This document shows, piece by piece, positions 21,732 through 35,900 of a DNA stretch of 64,000 nucleotides. The position numbers and the translations under genes were made by a program. The stretch lies in the NCBI RefSeq assembly GCF_052425735.1, contig NC_135763.1:23746001-23810000 (forward strand), written 5' to 3'. Every line of letters starts with the position of its first letter. Position 1 is the first letter of the stretch. The notes below the pieces were generated by a model, which was not told where the DNA came from, did no database searches, and saw only the letters and a program-made list of their open reading frames with translations. The DNA is from Oculina patagonica (Eukaryota).

Positions 21732-23213
21732 AACTGGCTTCCTTTGATGCTTGTCATGAACGCATGCACATATGGGAACTTTGCTGTGCGAAATTCCGTG
21801 ACGTTTATAACTAAGGGTATTAAGTTAATGAGGTATTCTATTTGTTCATTATGTACTAGCAGCTTTTAAAGCTAGATTATATAATAAGCAGAATGATATC
21901 GCTATAACAGGTATATTCATCGAACGTTTGTCTTAAATTAAGCTGCAGTACTTGCATTTAATTTGTGTGGTATTAAACCAAAAAATATACTTTTATACAA
22001 CTGGTCTTTATTTTCGTTTGCTTCAAATCACAAAATAGCACTCGTGTCTCTCTTTGTCCCTGCATAGCCAAAACGTGACGTCTCGACATTACTAATTGAA
22101 ACAGTCGAGTTTGAAAGACGTATGTCACATAGGAATGCAGTGAATAACATAGCTCACAGCGAGTCTTTTGCAGCTCGGGGCTAGCGCATCTAGCCAATGA
22201 AGCATTTATAAGTTCTTTAAGGCATCGGTAAACGGCATTTTACGTTCTTGGTGTGACGCTTATTATCGAATAATTTGCAAATGTCTAAAATATTTTTTTT
22301 TCAGGCAAATCTCAAATAACCCATCGGTTAATTGGTCCAGTTTAAGTGTTAAGTCAAGGAATGGAGTTGTCAAAGACAAGCAGTACTCTGTTCCAGTGAT
22401 GTTGACAGTCTCCATATTTTGTTTCTTTCGATCGTTCTTGAATCAACCTTGAGTTTTTGCTGAGAAGCATTAAATGTTAGGCCTTTTGAGGTTAGAATAA
22501 CATTCATTCCCCACCTGGACTGTTTACCATTAATCGAAAATAACCAGTTGGATGCGATATTGGTATGTATAATTTTCAATATCAGTAAACCAGCCGGCCC
22601 AAAGAGATGACGCTAACCATTTATTATTCGGTTTCCTTTTATTGTTTTCCTTTGATGGGAGACTGAGCAAACAGTCCGAAATGCTTCGACAGTTCCCATC
22701 AGCTTGGACAAAAGGCAACCACTTAACGCAGTCTCCAGTTTCGAACAGAATTTTCCAGAAAAATGCATCCCTGTTTACTGGTTTGAGATTAAAATCTTAC
22801 ACCATGGTAACGCGCACAAACATTATGTGTTAACATTCTCTGTGTTTAAAAATTAAAGAAAACGTTTTCAGTGGGGCGATGTAAGAAAACCCATCTCCAA
22901 ATAATTACCTCCCTACGATATGGGTATATACGTAACGAGGGGCCTTAGGTGGGTATGAATTCAACTGTTATTCAGTAATACCTATTCAGTTGCACCTTGT
23001 TTTCAACAATTGCCTACATGTGAAGTGTTTCTTTTTATATTTGGTGCGTATTTCTTTCGCATATAAATATCGTTTAACTTCAATCGTTAACCGCGATCGA
23101 TATGAGTAGCAGGTTTGCGTCTTCTAGATGAATCCTTTACTTGCAAAACAGAAATTCAACATATTATAAAGCAAAGTAGACTTACAGAGATACGAACAAA
23201 GAGCAAAAGAGAA

Positions 23214-24729
23214 ATGGGCTCCAAAATGTTTCTTTTGCTCTGTCTTTTGGCTTTGGTGAAACCGCTCTGGGGTATTCCTGGTAAGATATATAATTTGATG
23301 TTTTTACTATTATTTAAGATAAAATCAACGAGACCTTCAAGCAGGGTCTTGACGACGTAGCCTAAAAACGAGGTCAAATGTTTCAAAGCGACTCTTTCTA
23401 AACTATAAGGAAGGCCGACCAAGGACACTAATAACCTCGTTTATTTCATGGATTGTTGAGCAATGGAAACGTGACAAATCATTTAAGTCAATCTCTGTAT
23501 TCTTTTTTTTGATACGCACACATATTGCTTGCTGTTGAAATCAAATACTGCTTTTATACAGCGCGGGTAATCAACCAACTTATTTCGAATAAATATGAAT
23601 TTTTAAATATATAAGCTAAATAGCCTCAGGCTTTTAAAGAACACGTGGAATTTCATTTTTCAAACAGTAGTTTTACAACGTCACTCTCATTTGACGAAAA
23701 TAAAAGCTAAATTTGCTCGTCTATGGCTCAATATTCTAAGATAAGAATCGTGTTTTCTAGAAATTAAGTATGAACCTGTGCCTTGCAGTTCACGCTGATG
23801 GCGTATTAGTTTGAATCAGCTAAAGTACGAACCAAACCATATGCTGGATTTCCACTGACGCGTAAATTTTTACGTGCGTGAAAAAATTAGAGACAATGTA
23901 TGAACGGCCTGCGTAAACGTGTACGCAAGCCGTTCATACATTGTCTCTAATTTTTTTTACGCACGTAAAAAATTACGCGTCAGTGGAAATCCACCTTATC
24001 ATAGCAAGCATTAGGCTTTTACGTAGCTTTCTAAATAAAGTCATATGAATATAACATGGAACAAACATTATCTAACAGGATACGGCAATAAAATGTTATG
24101 AAAGACATAAACTTATCTCTTGTTTGAATGCTTAAAAATAGTATGGATGTCGCTTTCCTTTGTTGTTTGCGGTGCGGCAGAATAGTCAAACGGCTTATAA
24201 TTTTGTCATGTCGATTAGTTGGTCTCGCATTTCAATTTGTTTGTTACCAGTAAAAAGGCTTTCAATATGGGCGCATTTCAAATACACGACGACATGTTTT
24301 ATTAAACCTTTCTTTCGGCAATTCTAGGGTAATTACTTATATTCAATTAAAAGGTAGATCGAAACAACCTCTTATAAAGTATGGAATAATGACAATTGCT
24401 TTGTTAACTTACATAAATATTAAGATTGTTAACTTGTCTACTTGTAGTAAATTTTCATGAAAACCGTTAAGACTCGGTTGTTAAACAATTACAAAGATAA
24501 GTTTTTGTATTTGTTCCTAAATTTTAAATTCTGATANNNNNNNNNNNNNNNNNNNNNNNNNNNNNNNNNNNNNNNNNNNNNNNNNNNNNNNNNNNNNNNN
24601 NNNNNNNNNNNNNNNNNNNNNNNNNNNNNNNNNNNNNNNNNNNNNNNNNNNNNNNNNNNNNNNNNNNNNNNNACGAAGACGATGACGATGTAGGCGAAGA
24701 TGGCGATGGCGATGGAGACGACGACGACA

Positions 24730-24779
<50 letters not shown>

Positions 24780-25001
24780 GATAGCGGCAGTGCTGAAAGT
24801 GGCAGTGCTGAAAGCGGCAGTGCTGAAAGCGGCAGTGCTGACAATGATGTTAACAATGATAATGTAGATGGTTTAGCTGACAAGGGCTTTGAACGTTTAC
24901 TGGACATGCTTTCGTCCAGCGGATTTACGTTTATGGGAGGAAGTAGCTGGATCTGTTACTGTGTAACTGCCTACTGCATATTCAGCATAATTTACATGTA
25001 G
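23214..25001 (+). CDS. Secreted acidic protein gene 3 (poly-Asp, SGSAE repeats, GPI-like tail); partly in an assembly gap
   Basis: Exon 1 23214-23280 MGSKMFLLLCLLALVKPLWG-IP|gtaag; exon 2 starts at or in gap 24537-24672; (GAT)n poly-Asp; tail GFERLLDMLSSSGFTFMGGSSWICYCVTAYCIFSIIYM* (TAG 24999-25001). Confidence 0.82.
23845..23993. mobile_element. Near-perfect ~150-bp palindromic MITE in the intron of gene 3
   Basis: TGGATTTCCACTGACGCGTAA...AATTAGAGACAATGTATGAACGGC / GCCGTTCATACATTGTCTCTAATT...TTACGCGTCAGTGGAAATCCA. Confidence 0.8.
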
Positions 25002-25015
25002 AATTTATCTTTTAA

Positions 25016-26078
25016 GGTGGCTCGTACCGGTTTTTCTTGCGTGGAAAGTCTGGTGACTAGCGCGCGCGTCGCGCTTCATGCCCACGAGTCACGCGCGAGA
25101 TTTGAAAAGAAAAACGAACATGGCGGCCGAGTGCGAGGTTGCTTTTCTTCATTTTAAGAAAGAAATTCCGCGTTCAACTGAAGTTTTTTCAACAAGAACA
25201 TTTTAAGTCAACTTAATGTTCGACAGTCAAAATGTTTTCGGATCTCACTGCTCGAGTTACAAAAGCAAATTCGCATGTGCTACGATCGATCTTGTCGGAG
25301 ATCGTGACTCAATTCCACTTTTTTCGTTTCAGGTTATTTGAGTTCGCTTTCAAACACATGATTATTCAGACAAAGAAATACTAAACAGTAAGACCTAAGA
25401 GGCACAACTGGCGCTAACTGAAACTGGCTAAATCCCATGAAATCCTGAGCCGAAAAGTTTCGCAGACAAAGCGAGGGGAAGTCCACGCGTGTTGCGCGCG
25501 TATGTGCCCGCAAAGATCAGCGGTAGTCAGAGCATGAGTAAATACCAAACTTTTAAAATCGAAATTTTAAAGTGCGCGGAAACGCGCGTGGGAATTATTG
25601 AGTTCGCGAAGGCTTTAGCAAGAAAACTAACCCGATGACCCCTATTTTTTATTGCCCTAATATTTTCCTTTTATGTAAAGGAAACGCCAGAAAAAATCTA
25701 AAAAAATTCTACGAAAGGAATTTTTAATTACTTACAAATTGCTCTTTTTTGCATTTGCAAAAAATCCGCTTCGTAGAATTTTTTTAAAATAATTATACAG
25801 TTTCTTTTTCATATGCTTTAAGTTATCACGAGAAAAAAAATGGGGGTCATCGAGTTAGTTTTCAAGATATAAGCACTGGAAGCTGAAAAAGGGTCCAAAA
25901 AATCATTGCCTACCGTTGCCATGGTAACCACTGATGACGTAATTATTGGTATTTTGGATCAACAACACAATGGGTAATTTAATTATACAAAAATTTTGTT
26001 ACGATCTTTAATTATTTTTTTGGCCATTTTCTTCCAAACGTCGCACAGTCAAAAACCTGAAAACTGGTACGAGCCACC
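25016..26078. mobile_element. Non-autonomous Kolobok-like DNA transposon with TTAA TSD, inserted just after the stop of gene 3
   Basis: TTAA|GGTGGCTCGTACCGGTTTT ... AAAACTGGTACGAGCCACC|TTAA. Confidence 0.85.
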
Positions 26079-27834
26079 TTAAGGTGGCGTGGCTAAGTGG
26101 TCTTAGGCAAGAGTTTAAAACAATAAAAACAGTGTGATACATAATATTTAAAGTTCACAGTGTTTTTAGTAAAACTGAAGTTAGTAGAAGTGTCCTTTAT
26201 ATATTTTTTTAAATCTAAAATAATACCTCTAATTACTATGTTGAAAACATATAAATGAAATGAACTATAGACTGCCAAGTTTACAAAGTGACGTCGTTTT
26301 TTCTTGCTTCAAGGTATATCCGTTTTTCAAAAAAAGATATTGTTGGGTGTTATTCTAGTCAGCATAGCATAGAATGCTTTCCATGCAAATTTAGATCTAG
26401 AGAAAGAACACTCTTTAGAACTAACGAGAAATTGTTACAATGCAAAGCAATATTTCTGAATGTTCGTTGCATTTAGGTCAATAATGACATTTTGTATTTA
26501 AAGGGATACTTTATTCGAATCTTTTATCATATATCCAGTTGTTTACAAGAAAACTCTTGAAGCTTCATGGCTCTCCGAACGATCTTTAAGGTCAAAAAAG
26601 TGTTCAATTTTTAATGAAAGAAAAATAAAATAGTAACGTTAGAAGAAGAAAAAACTGCGCTGCTCGGCGATTAACTATAGTCCGTTTTCAGGTTTAGTGG
26701 CTCTTTAGACTGGTGCTTCACTCCATGGCAGTATTAAGCGGCGGGTAGTATTCTTACCTTCGATCGCTCCGAATCAGGATGCTCGCTCATCGAGAGTTAG
26801 TAGAGTCGCACCAATAATTGGCAGTAACCATTGTTACACCTGGATGAAAGATGGAGTTGATCCACCCTAGTTTACAAAAAGACAATATCGTTGTCTTGTT
26901 TAAAAGAGAGGCTTTTGTGATAATCAATTAGTTTCTTTGGAATTTTTTTTAGGAAATTTCCTCAACCACATATACAACGAGCGTAATTTTGCCATTTGAG
27001 CGTAATCTGTTCACTTAAATGAAAAGTTATAGACCACAGGTTGCCCGTGGAAAACAGAAAGAAGTGCCTTGAAGTGTGCAATGGTAAACTTCTTTCATTG
27101 CAGTGAGGTTACGTAAAATTGTGTTAAAGTTTAGTAAAATCGGACGTCAAGAGTCGAACAAGAATATCAATTACGGTAAGTATAAAAATATTAGCTAGTG
27201 CATAACTCCTTATCACTGGTAACAAAGACGTGAAAACAAGACCAATGCAGCGATTATCTCCTGTAAACCAGGGCCAAGCAGTTATATTGCTTCCTCTCTA
27301 AATAAACTGCTTCTTGCTTACAAAATGACACCTACCTACTGTAAGGCAGATTTCAACAGAAATAGTAACTATACGAAGGTTTCCTTTTATCGGAATTGGT
27401 TATAAACTCTTCCTTTGTCACATCAACTTGAAATATTTCACTTTGAAAACTTTAAGTGGGGCAATGATTAATTTCTACTGCGTGGGTTTAATCGCATTGG
27501 TACCGGTAGGAGGATGAAATCTGCGCTCCATGACAACAAAGCTCAAATTTGCCAAAACACTGTTAATCCTACTAAACATATTGCCGTCTTGAAAGATAAA
27601 ACGTTTTTTCGAGAGGGATAAAACTAATTTGCATTTAAGGCCACCTTCTTGTTTAAAATTAAACGGTTTTCAATATCACAACTTTCGGTCAGATCTGACA
27701 AGACCGATTAGATATTCCTAGCAACTGCACAACAAAATATCGATCTAAAATCTTATATATAACCAAAAACTGACAACTTAGAAGACAAGATCGTCATTGC
27801 TGGATCAAGTACCGTTTGGGATCATCTAAGCGAT

Positions 27835-29058
27835 ATGAAATCTAAAGGCTACCTTCTCCTCTGCCTAGTAGCTCTATTGGTGCCAGTTTGGGGCAGTCCT
27901 TTGCCAATGCCAGATGGTAAGATAGTTTCAAAAGTGCTATTTTTTATCAATGCAACCCGCAACTTTGACTTTCGACTTTTCGCCACATCTGACACAAAAA
28001 TCCACACCTGTATGGCACTTTCCGACAATTCATTTGTCAATTTGCTGAGTTAATTAGTTACATCATTTACTTCATTTTATTTTGCACTTTTCTTGTGCTA
28101 TTATGTTTCGTTTTAACATTTTTCAGTAACTTTCCCTACTGAAAGCTTGTGATATATCCACAAAGAATCTAAAATGCAGTTTATTACAATTACTTTGATA
28201 GCTTAAAGCTTCGCAATGATATAATCCTAGTATAGGCTATGTGGGCCTAACGCCAATTTTCCCGAGAAATTCGTGTAAAATTGCCATGACAAGCTTGTTC
28301 TATAGTTAATCTTGTTTACAACATACTTTTCTGCATATGTCGAACATTATTTTTCGTTTGTTACTGTTAACCCTTGTCTTGAGTTAAAACATGAACAGAA
28401 TAGTAAAAACAACAACTAAAAAACATTTTAAGTTCAAGTAGCATGAGTGTGATATTTTTACTTTTCAGATGATGGTTGGGATCGTGAAGAAGGAGATGAA
28501 TACCACGACCAAGAGGAGGATCAACAGGATAGCGATTACGATGATGAAGGCATGAATGGAGAGAGCCGTGACGAAAATGATGAGAACGACAACTACAGCA
28601 ACAAAAGAAAGGATGGGGATGATGACTACTACAACAACAGAAGAAACGACGACAATGACGACTATAGCAACAATAGAAGCGATGACGAGTACAACAACAA
28701 AAGAAACGACGACCGTGATGACTTCAGCAACAAAAGAAACGACGAAGACGATGCCGACTGGGGAGAAAAAAAGACAAACAAAGGAAACTTTGACAATGAC
28801 TTTGACAATAGAAGGGACGAAAATGGCGAGTACTTCGACAATGAAGACGAAGGCGAATGGAAAACAAAGAAGAGAGGAAAGAAAGGAAAGGAAGAGAGAA
28901 ATAGAGATGAAGAAGATAATGGCAGGGATCCCAAAAGTATGAGAGGAAGTCAACTTCGCATCACCTCTGCCGGAATGTCCCTTTTCAATGCCAACTTCGC
29001 CTGCATATTTGTAGGTGCAGTTATCTACTATGCACAAAATACCTTTCCTGTTCTGTAG
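27835..29058 (+). CDS. Secreted acidic protein gene 4 (Asp/Asn/Tyr repeats separated by KR/RR, GPI-like tail), ~223 aa
   Basis: Exons 27835-27916 (MKSKGYLLLCLVALLVPVWG-SPLPMPD|gtaag) and 28469-29058, phase 1, in frame with ORF 28552-29058; tail ITSAGMSLFNANFACIFVGAVIYYAQNTFPVL*. Confidence 0.88.
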
Positions 29059-29458
29059 TTGTTGCTAACTCATATGCTAACTCAAAATTTCCTTATGTAG
29101 TACGTTTTTTTTTTTTTTTGAAGGGGGGAACGGCCCCCCAAGGGAAACCCGGAAAAAAAAAATTTAAACTAATCAGTGGTGTCAACGTGTTAATAGATTT
29201 CACAGTTTAATGGTTAAAGGCGTCTCTTTGTAGATTTAACTTTGTTTGAACATCCAGATTCTCGTAATGATCTTAACGACAAAGAAAAATCTTAACTTAT
29301 AAATGGATAAGTAATTTAAGCTGTTAATTGTTGATTGTTTTTATGTTACCCTGTAAAAATCGGCGAAATTGTTACACGTCCTGTACCACTTTGAGCACTA
29401 AATAAACGTAAATTATTTCACACACAACTGATTTCATTTGTGGGAAATTAATTCGAAA

Positions 29459-29533
<75 letters not shown>
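29459..29533. repeat. (AAT)n microsatellite
   Basis: Perfect trinucleotide run. Confidence 0.95.
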
Positions 29534-32500
29534 GGAATAGGTTATTGTGGGAGCGCTTATTGAAAGAAGGGCGTTAAATTGAACTATTTTTCCAGTTCAA
29601 ACGGAAAGCGCAAGTCAAAATTTAATTTAGCTTTCTAAAAACGTGGGCACGGTCAAGTAGCTTGACTCAGAAACGATAAGAATAATACTATGGTGGTGGG
29701 ACAGCTTCGCCTCCTTGGAGATAAAGTCACACTTTCTTAAATTATATGATGAGATAAGTTCTTTTGTTAATACAAGAAAATTCAGATATGCCAACCACCT
29801 GAAATGAGCCCTCTCCACCGAGAATTATAAGACCACAAAAATCATTCCGAAAAACACCCCCTGTAAAACAGTCTACGCTCTCGACAGCAAAGGCAGAATC
29901 CAGGGGAAGGATAAGAGGGTTAAAATCCCCCCACCCCCCCCCCCCCATGTACATTGATAAATCACTTATCAGGACCCTACTCCGTTTGTGTTGAAGATGA
30001 AATTCTATCAAAGCTCAGAAAACGCCCCATGAAATGTGTTGCTTTCTAGAAAACAAAAAATCTTTTGCCTTTTGTCCTAGTTGCGTGCTCTCTAGATTTT
30101 CTTAAGAATACAGTTATGGGTTTTTCCTGTATTTGATGATATGCGATGTTAAATAGATTTTGGTTTAGGCTTTTCAACATTTTTTCTTTAATTTTAGATC
30201 TTTTATGTTTTCAAAATGTTTGGCTAATTTTAGGTATGACATAGTTAAAATATTAAGAAAGGAGCATTGTGGTGGAACAAAAGGCCACGCAAATAACAGC
30301 TAAATGGTACAGAAAAGTGTTGTTCGTTTACGCTTTCAAGTTTTAAATAATGTCACCCTTTCTGTTACTTTATCAGCATGAAGATGAAAACTACTCGATG
30401 AAAATCAGTGTTTATTCTACTGTATTGTTCGAAAGTGATTTCGAATAGACACTGAGTGTTAATTAAGTGCTCTGTTTTGATAGTATATTGGATTCCTATC
30501 ATAGTGATATTTTTTGTTCACAAATGATAGTTTTTGCAGTTCAAGGAAAAGCGTCTAACAAATCGAACACTGATCGTAAACTGGTTTTTGTTGCCAACAA
30601 TTTATTAGCTGTATGTAAAACGTACCTCATGCGATTTAAAAACTGACATAGAAAACCAGATTCGTTGAAATTACCATGTCGTCTTTGGTTTCGTTGTTTG
30701 GAAACAAACCTCGTTTTCTTCTAATGACGTGATATTGACTTTTAGCCAATATACTAAATAGGCCTACTTCATGTCACGAAACGCATGAGCATGAGATTTT
30801 TGCTTCCCTACCAAGCAAGATAATTAACATTCTCCGATGCGATAATTAAACATTCTACGATGCGTTTATTCAAAGGTCACGAAGTTTTGAGAAGTTAAAA
30901 TGGTAGAAAACTAATAAGTGTATCTCCGAGTAACATTAAGAAAGCGTTTGAAGTCATCATAAGTTCGGCTTCACGCTACAAATCTGTATTTATATCAAGA
31001 GTTTACAGCTTTTGAGAAAGAACAAAAATCTTATTATTATGTTACATAATTTATTACAACTCTCTCTAATATTAGAGATTCTAAGATTTCACTCAATCAA
31101 ACTAACTCTTTTGCCACATTTGTTATAGTTAAGTGTCAGCGTGGTGGAAAGTTCATCCGTTGTTTTAGTATGTACTGTTACACGAACGCCCCAGAATTAC
31201 TCGAACAAAATACATTGCACAAAAGGGCCATCTTTTTAAACTTTTTAAAAAAGTTATCCACACACAGTTCATCAAAAGTGCTAAACTCCTGCCCGTCATT
31301 GAACATCGAGTCATGAATTTCACCAACAAACAAACAAAGAAACAAACAAAAACAAACAGATAAATTGTCTGTATAAACAATAAATATGACCCTCCACGGG
31401 ATCTTGGTCACTTTGGTGGACAATGGAAGTTATAACATTACTTTTGTTTGTTAGTTCACAGAGCACTATTGAAACCATTTTTGAAACAGTGGCAGTAGTT
31501 TGCGTAATTACGAAAATTGCAATTGGTGAGCTAGCAAGTTCAAACCACTTGCATTAAAAATCTCTCAAATAACCAAGGGGACGCTGCCTGTAATATGAGA
31601 TATCGTTTTGGTAAAATAAAATTATGGATTTCAGTAAAAGTCGTCGAAAGAAATTTCACATGCAGTAAATGCGACACAACTTTGGAAAGAACCTCCTAAA
31701 TGTACATGTATAGATTTGTAGCATTCGCTCTCCTCTATTAAAAAATGCATTTTGTCGTGTCATTCAACTATGACATATGGACCAATCAAGGGCACTTTTT
31801 TAAGTGACATCATCGTCCATCCATTTGACGCAAGCCTCTGTTCGCAAGTGGCTTCATTTATCGTTGGTTGACGGATTTAGCTCATATGACGCGTTAGACG
31901 AATATTAAACCACTGGGGTCGTCTATAGCTACGGACTGCCAAGGTCTATCAAAGCACAGTTATTTACACAATAGAATTAAGCAAGGGGAGATTTTATATT
32001 TGTTAAAGTATTAAGTATAGAAGCTATCTAGATCATCTGCTCCTGCCTGAAAACGTTACGTAAAACAACAGCGGTGTATTCTTGGTCTTTTAATTAATGT
32101 GTAATCATTTGTTGGGGTTAAAAGCCATCGACATAATGACAACAATTACTACAATTTTTTAATTGCTTAGGCAGTTAGGCAGCTGGCCGCAATATCGCCC
32201 TCTTATTAATTCCAATTGATTGACAACTTCAACAATATAATCCAATATCAGGACGTCAAACAGGTCTTGCGTGAGGTACTGTATTATTAGTAAATGATGA
32301 GCTATGAAGAAAGCGGAAGATAATTGGAAAATTATTGAGAAAGAAAAAGAGGAGAATGAAAAACAGATAAGGGTTCAAAAAACTTGGGCTCGGGATCGTA
32401 ATTATCAACCTACATTGAAAACTAAATGAGGGCATCAACTGGTCGTAATTAATTCTGGGTGTAACAAAAGATGAAATACTTATAGTCGCTGGAACAAAGC

Positions 32501-32956
32501 TGATATAGCAATATCAATTCTGAATACCAATGTTCTAAATAAAACATTTCGCCGCTCTTGGTTTCATTTACTTTTTTCTTGACGTTCCCTCTTTTATAGC
32601 GTACCAGCGTTACGATGTGTACATTGTCGCGTAATAAAAAAAAGAATGAACTGTTTTACTTAGAGCGTTTAGACGACAAAACGTACTCCTGTAATATGTT
32701 GTTATTTTTAGTTCATTTTCATACGTCAAGTTTTTAAGTATTGCACCAATTAACATTTATGTTGATTATATTGTATTCAAAATGCTGGCTTATTCATTCA
32801 AAAGCTTGATGAGATTTTTCCTGTCACACTAAATACAATATCTAGACTTTCCTTTTCGTAAACAGTTCTGTGTTTTGTGTTAAATTACGGAGTGGAAATA
32901 ATAAAATCACTTGGTGAAATAACCTCGCAAGGTGAAGATCACTAGCCTCAAAGAAA

Positions 32957-35900
32957 ATGGCGTCAAAAACTCTGCTTCTCATTTGCCTTGTGGCTTTATT
33001 GAGACCGCTCTGGGGTGCTCCAGTGCCAGTGCCAAATGGTAAGTTGACGTCGCTTCTGTTGATTGGTAATCAACTCATAATGGCATGGCTTACAAAAGCG
33101 TCAAAGACGAACATAAAAATTGTCTTGTTAGAAAGTTCTGTGTTTTTCAAACTGATTGTAGCGACAACTTCTTCTTTAGCTACCTGTATTGTAGAATTAA
33201 TTGATAACTGAGAATCATTCATGCAGGTCCATCGACGGAGTTGTTACGCTTTCTTTTCTTGACGGCATGTCATTGGATTTGGTTTCTTTGTTCGAATTTT
33301 AAAAGCTTTAATGGTCTTCTGTTTTCTTTAAGCTTTTTAGAATTTCGTTATCATTTGGTTTGCGTTTAAAGCCAAAGTTCAGATAACAAGATGTTGTCGC
33401 CCGAAATGTACTCGTACCTCCAGGTCAATATTCAGTACGTAATCATTATTCGCTGCCACGTATCCTAGCGGGAAGGAAACTCTTCTTCGCTGAGATAAAA
33501 ATTCAAGTATACAAAAAAAATCGTGTAAGAAGGCCTTACCTAAGTAGTACATGAAATTTTCACGCCATTTTTATGTATACATTTTTCATAATAGAATAGG
33601 CTTATTCATTGCCCGTTTAACCCTCCTTATTAGGAAAACTAGCGCAACTACTTCATTTACTTTCGCGTAGTATGTCGTCAATATTTTACTTTTGTTTTGC
33701 TGTTAAATGCACAGTCGAGCCATATAATCGCGAGTAGCATATTTACGGTACTCCTCGAGAAAGCGTAACTTACTGGTTATTTTGTCCTTTACCTACAATT
33801 GTATTACACGTTGTGATATCTTGAAAAATTAGCTGTATTCCTCAACTTATGAGAACACGCACTTTTATTAAAGATACCCCGAATTTCGTTAAAAGTTTGA
33901 TGTTCGACTTGGATAGAAGGAAATCGATACAGCTAGATAGAGCACCTTAGAAATAGTAGAATAAGTTATGCGCATTGCACGCAGATAGAAGATTTGCCCG
34001 TTTTATGGAGTTGTTAGTATTGTAGCCTGAAAAGTGCGAGCGGTTCTACCCAGACTGTTAGTACACCGATAGTGATTCCTTTGACTTTTTTAGTGAATAT
34101 CCAAGATGTGAGCTATATTCCAAATGTGAATAGGATTGAACTTTATGAGATAGCTACGATAATCGCGCTTAGTATTCTTACTGTGAAGTGGACATCAGTA
34201 GGAAAATGACACTCTTTAATCAAAGTATTAAAAGCACATGCAGTTATGACTTGACGGTAAGCTGGACGCACCAAATTTTGGTGCGATCACCTCTCTTGCA
34301 TTCTTGATCGATTCAAATTTTATAAAAGGAACAAAACCTCAATTTCTATGCCTGTATTCTCACTAGCATCATTTGGTGACTGGTAGCAAAGGTTACTAGC
34401 ATCATATTTGGCATCGTCATTTGGTGACTTCGATCGAATGGTCGCGGAAAACCTCGCCTGGGGCTCGTGTTCTTTGTGCGCATGGCGAGAGCGGAATGAC
34501 AAGCTAGGGTTCTTTCTTGTCTTTCTTATTCTTAAGAAATTTCGACTCTACGAAAAATGCGCTCTCGAAGTTCTCTAAGAAGAGAGTGCTGCTCTTTTCA
34601 GTGATGCCAACTTCCTTATTACAAATATCCTCATGATCAGTACAAATTGGAGAGTACCAGAAAATAGGAGTCATGCCTTTATATATCAATGCACTTTATG
34701 CTATGCCCAAAATGACCTTTAAATCGACGAAAACTTAATATGATAGTTTGCTAAGGTAGAAAAACTGAAACCACACTGAATCCACACTGAAGGATAATAG
34801 TAAGAGAAACAGCAAACCGACGAAGATGAAGAAAAGTTTCCCTTGTTGATGGGTTATTAGCTCTGTTTTACATTGTATCACTTAGAAGAGGAAAATAAGG
34901 CAGAAGACTACGCTGCCGAAGATTATCCGGAGATGGATGAGGAAGTCGACATGGATCAGAGCATGGATGACGAAGACGGTGACTATAACGACCAATATGA
35001 TGACGAGGATTACGAAGGTACATTATCTGGTGACAATTACTGACAGCACTGTAAGGTTTCATGACCCTTTCATAGACTGCTCACCTTCCAATACTTTACA
35101 TGCTTTAGCAGCTCACACGTAACTTATAACGTATAAAAAAGTGCCCCCTAGCAAAATGTGATTTGGTCCCTGGCTTGCTCAGTTGAACTTTACGTGGAGT
35201 ATTGTCCATGTTTTGGCTTTGTAGTGAGGATTGCTCACGCAAGCTCCATACTTCTTCTTGACAACTGCCAGTGTTCTTCTACTTGTGAGCCGTTTACAAC
35301 GGAATCAAGTATTTTACTTCTAAGAGTGGACTTTTCCAGAAATAATCGGTTAGCATGATGCGGTATTGGCGGCGAATTATGGGGGAGGAACTGGCAAGCG
35401 ACGTATTGTGGAAAAAAAATTCCAGCAAAAAATACTTTCACAGCAAAAGAAAATATAATCGTCATTTCAAAATCGTAACACATGCCTCATTCAATTTTTC
35501 TCTGTTGGTTAAAAAACATAACATTTTGACAAATAATTTGTGAAGGTAAGGAGTTTTTAATTATCTGTACATCTCCACTGTAATTACTTACATGTTTTCA
35601 TCAATTATTCTCTTCTTATCATTTAATTTACAGTTAAATATAAAGGGTTGTTACTGTGTGGTATATTTTGCAAAATAAGGCATCCTGTTAGTCTGATCAT
35701 TAACAGGGCACAATCATGAGCATGATTTCGAAAAGTCAAAAGCTAAAAATAATGGCATAGTTTTGTTACAAATTAATATCTAAGTTAATAAGGGTTGTTA
35801 TCATGAGTTACACTGGCACAAGGTTTTGATCTCGCATTAAGAAAGTCGTGTGGACTTTTCAAAATAATGTCTATGTGTCTTCGGAAATCACTCAAGTTAT

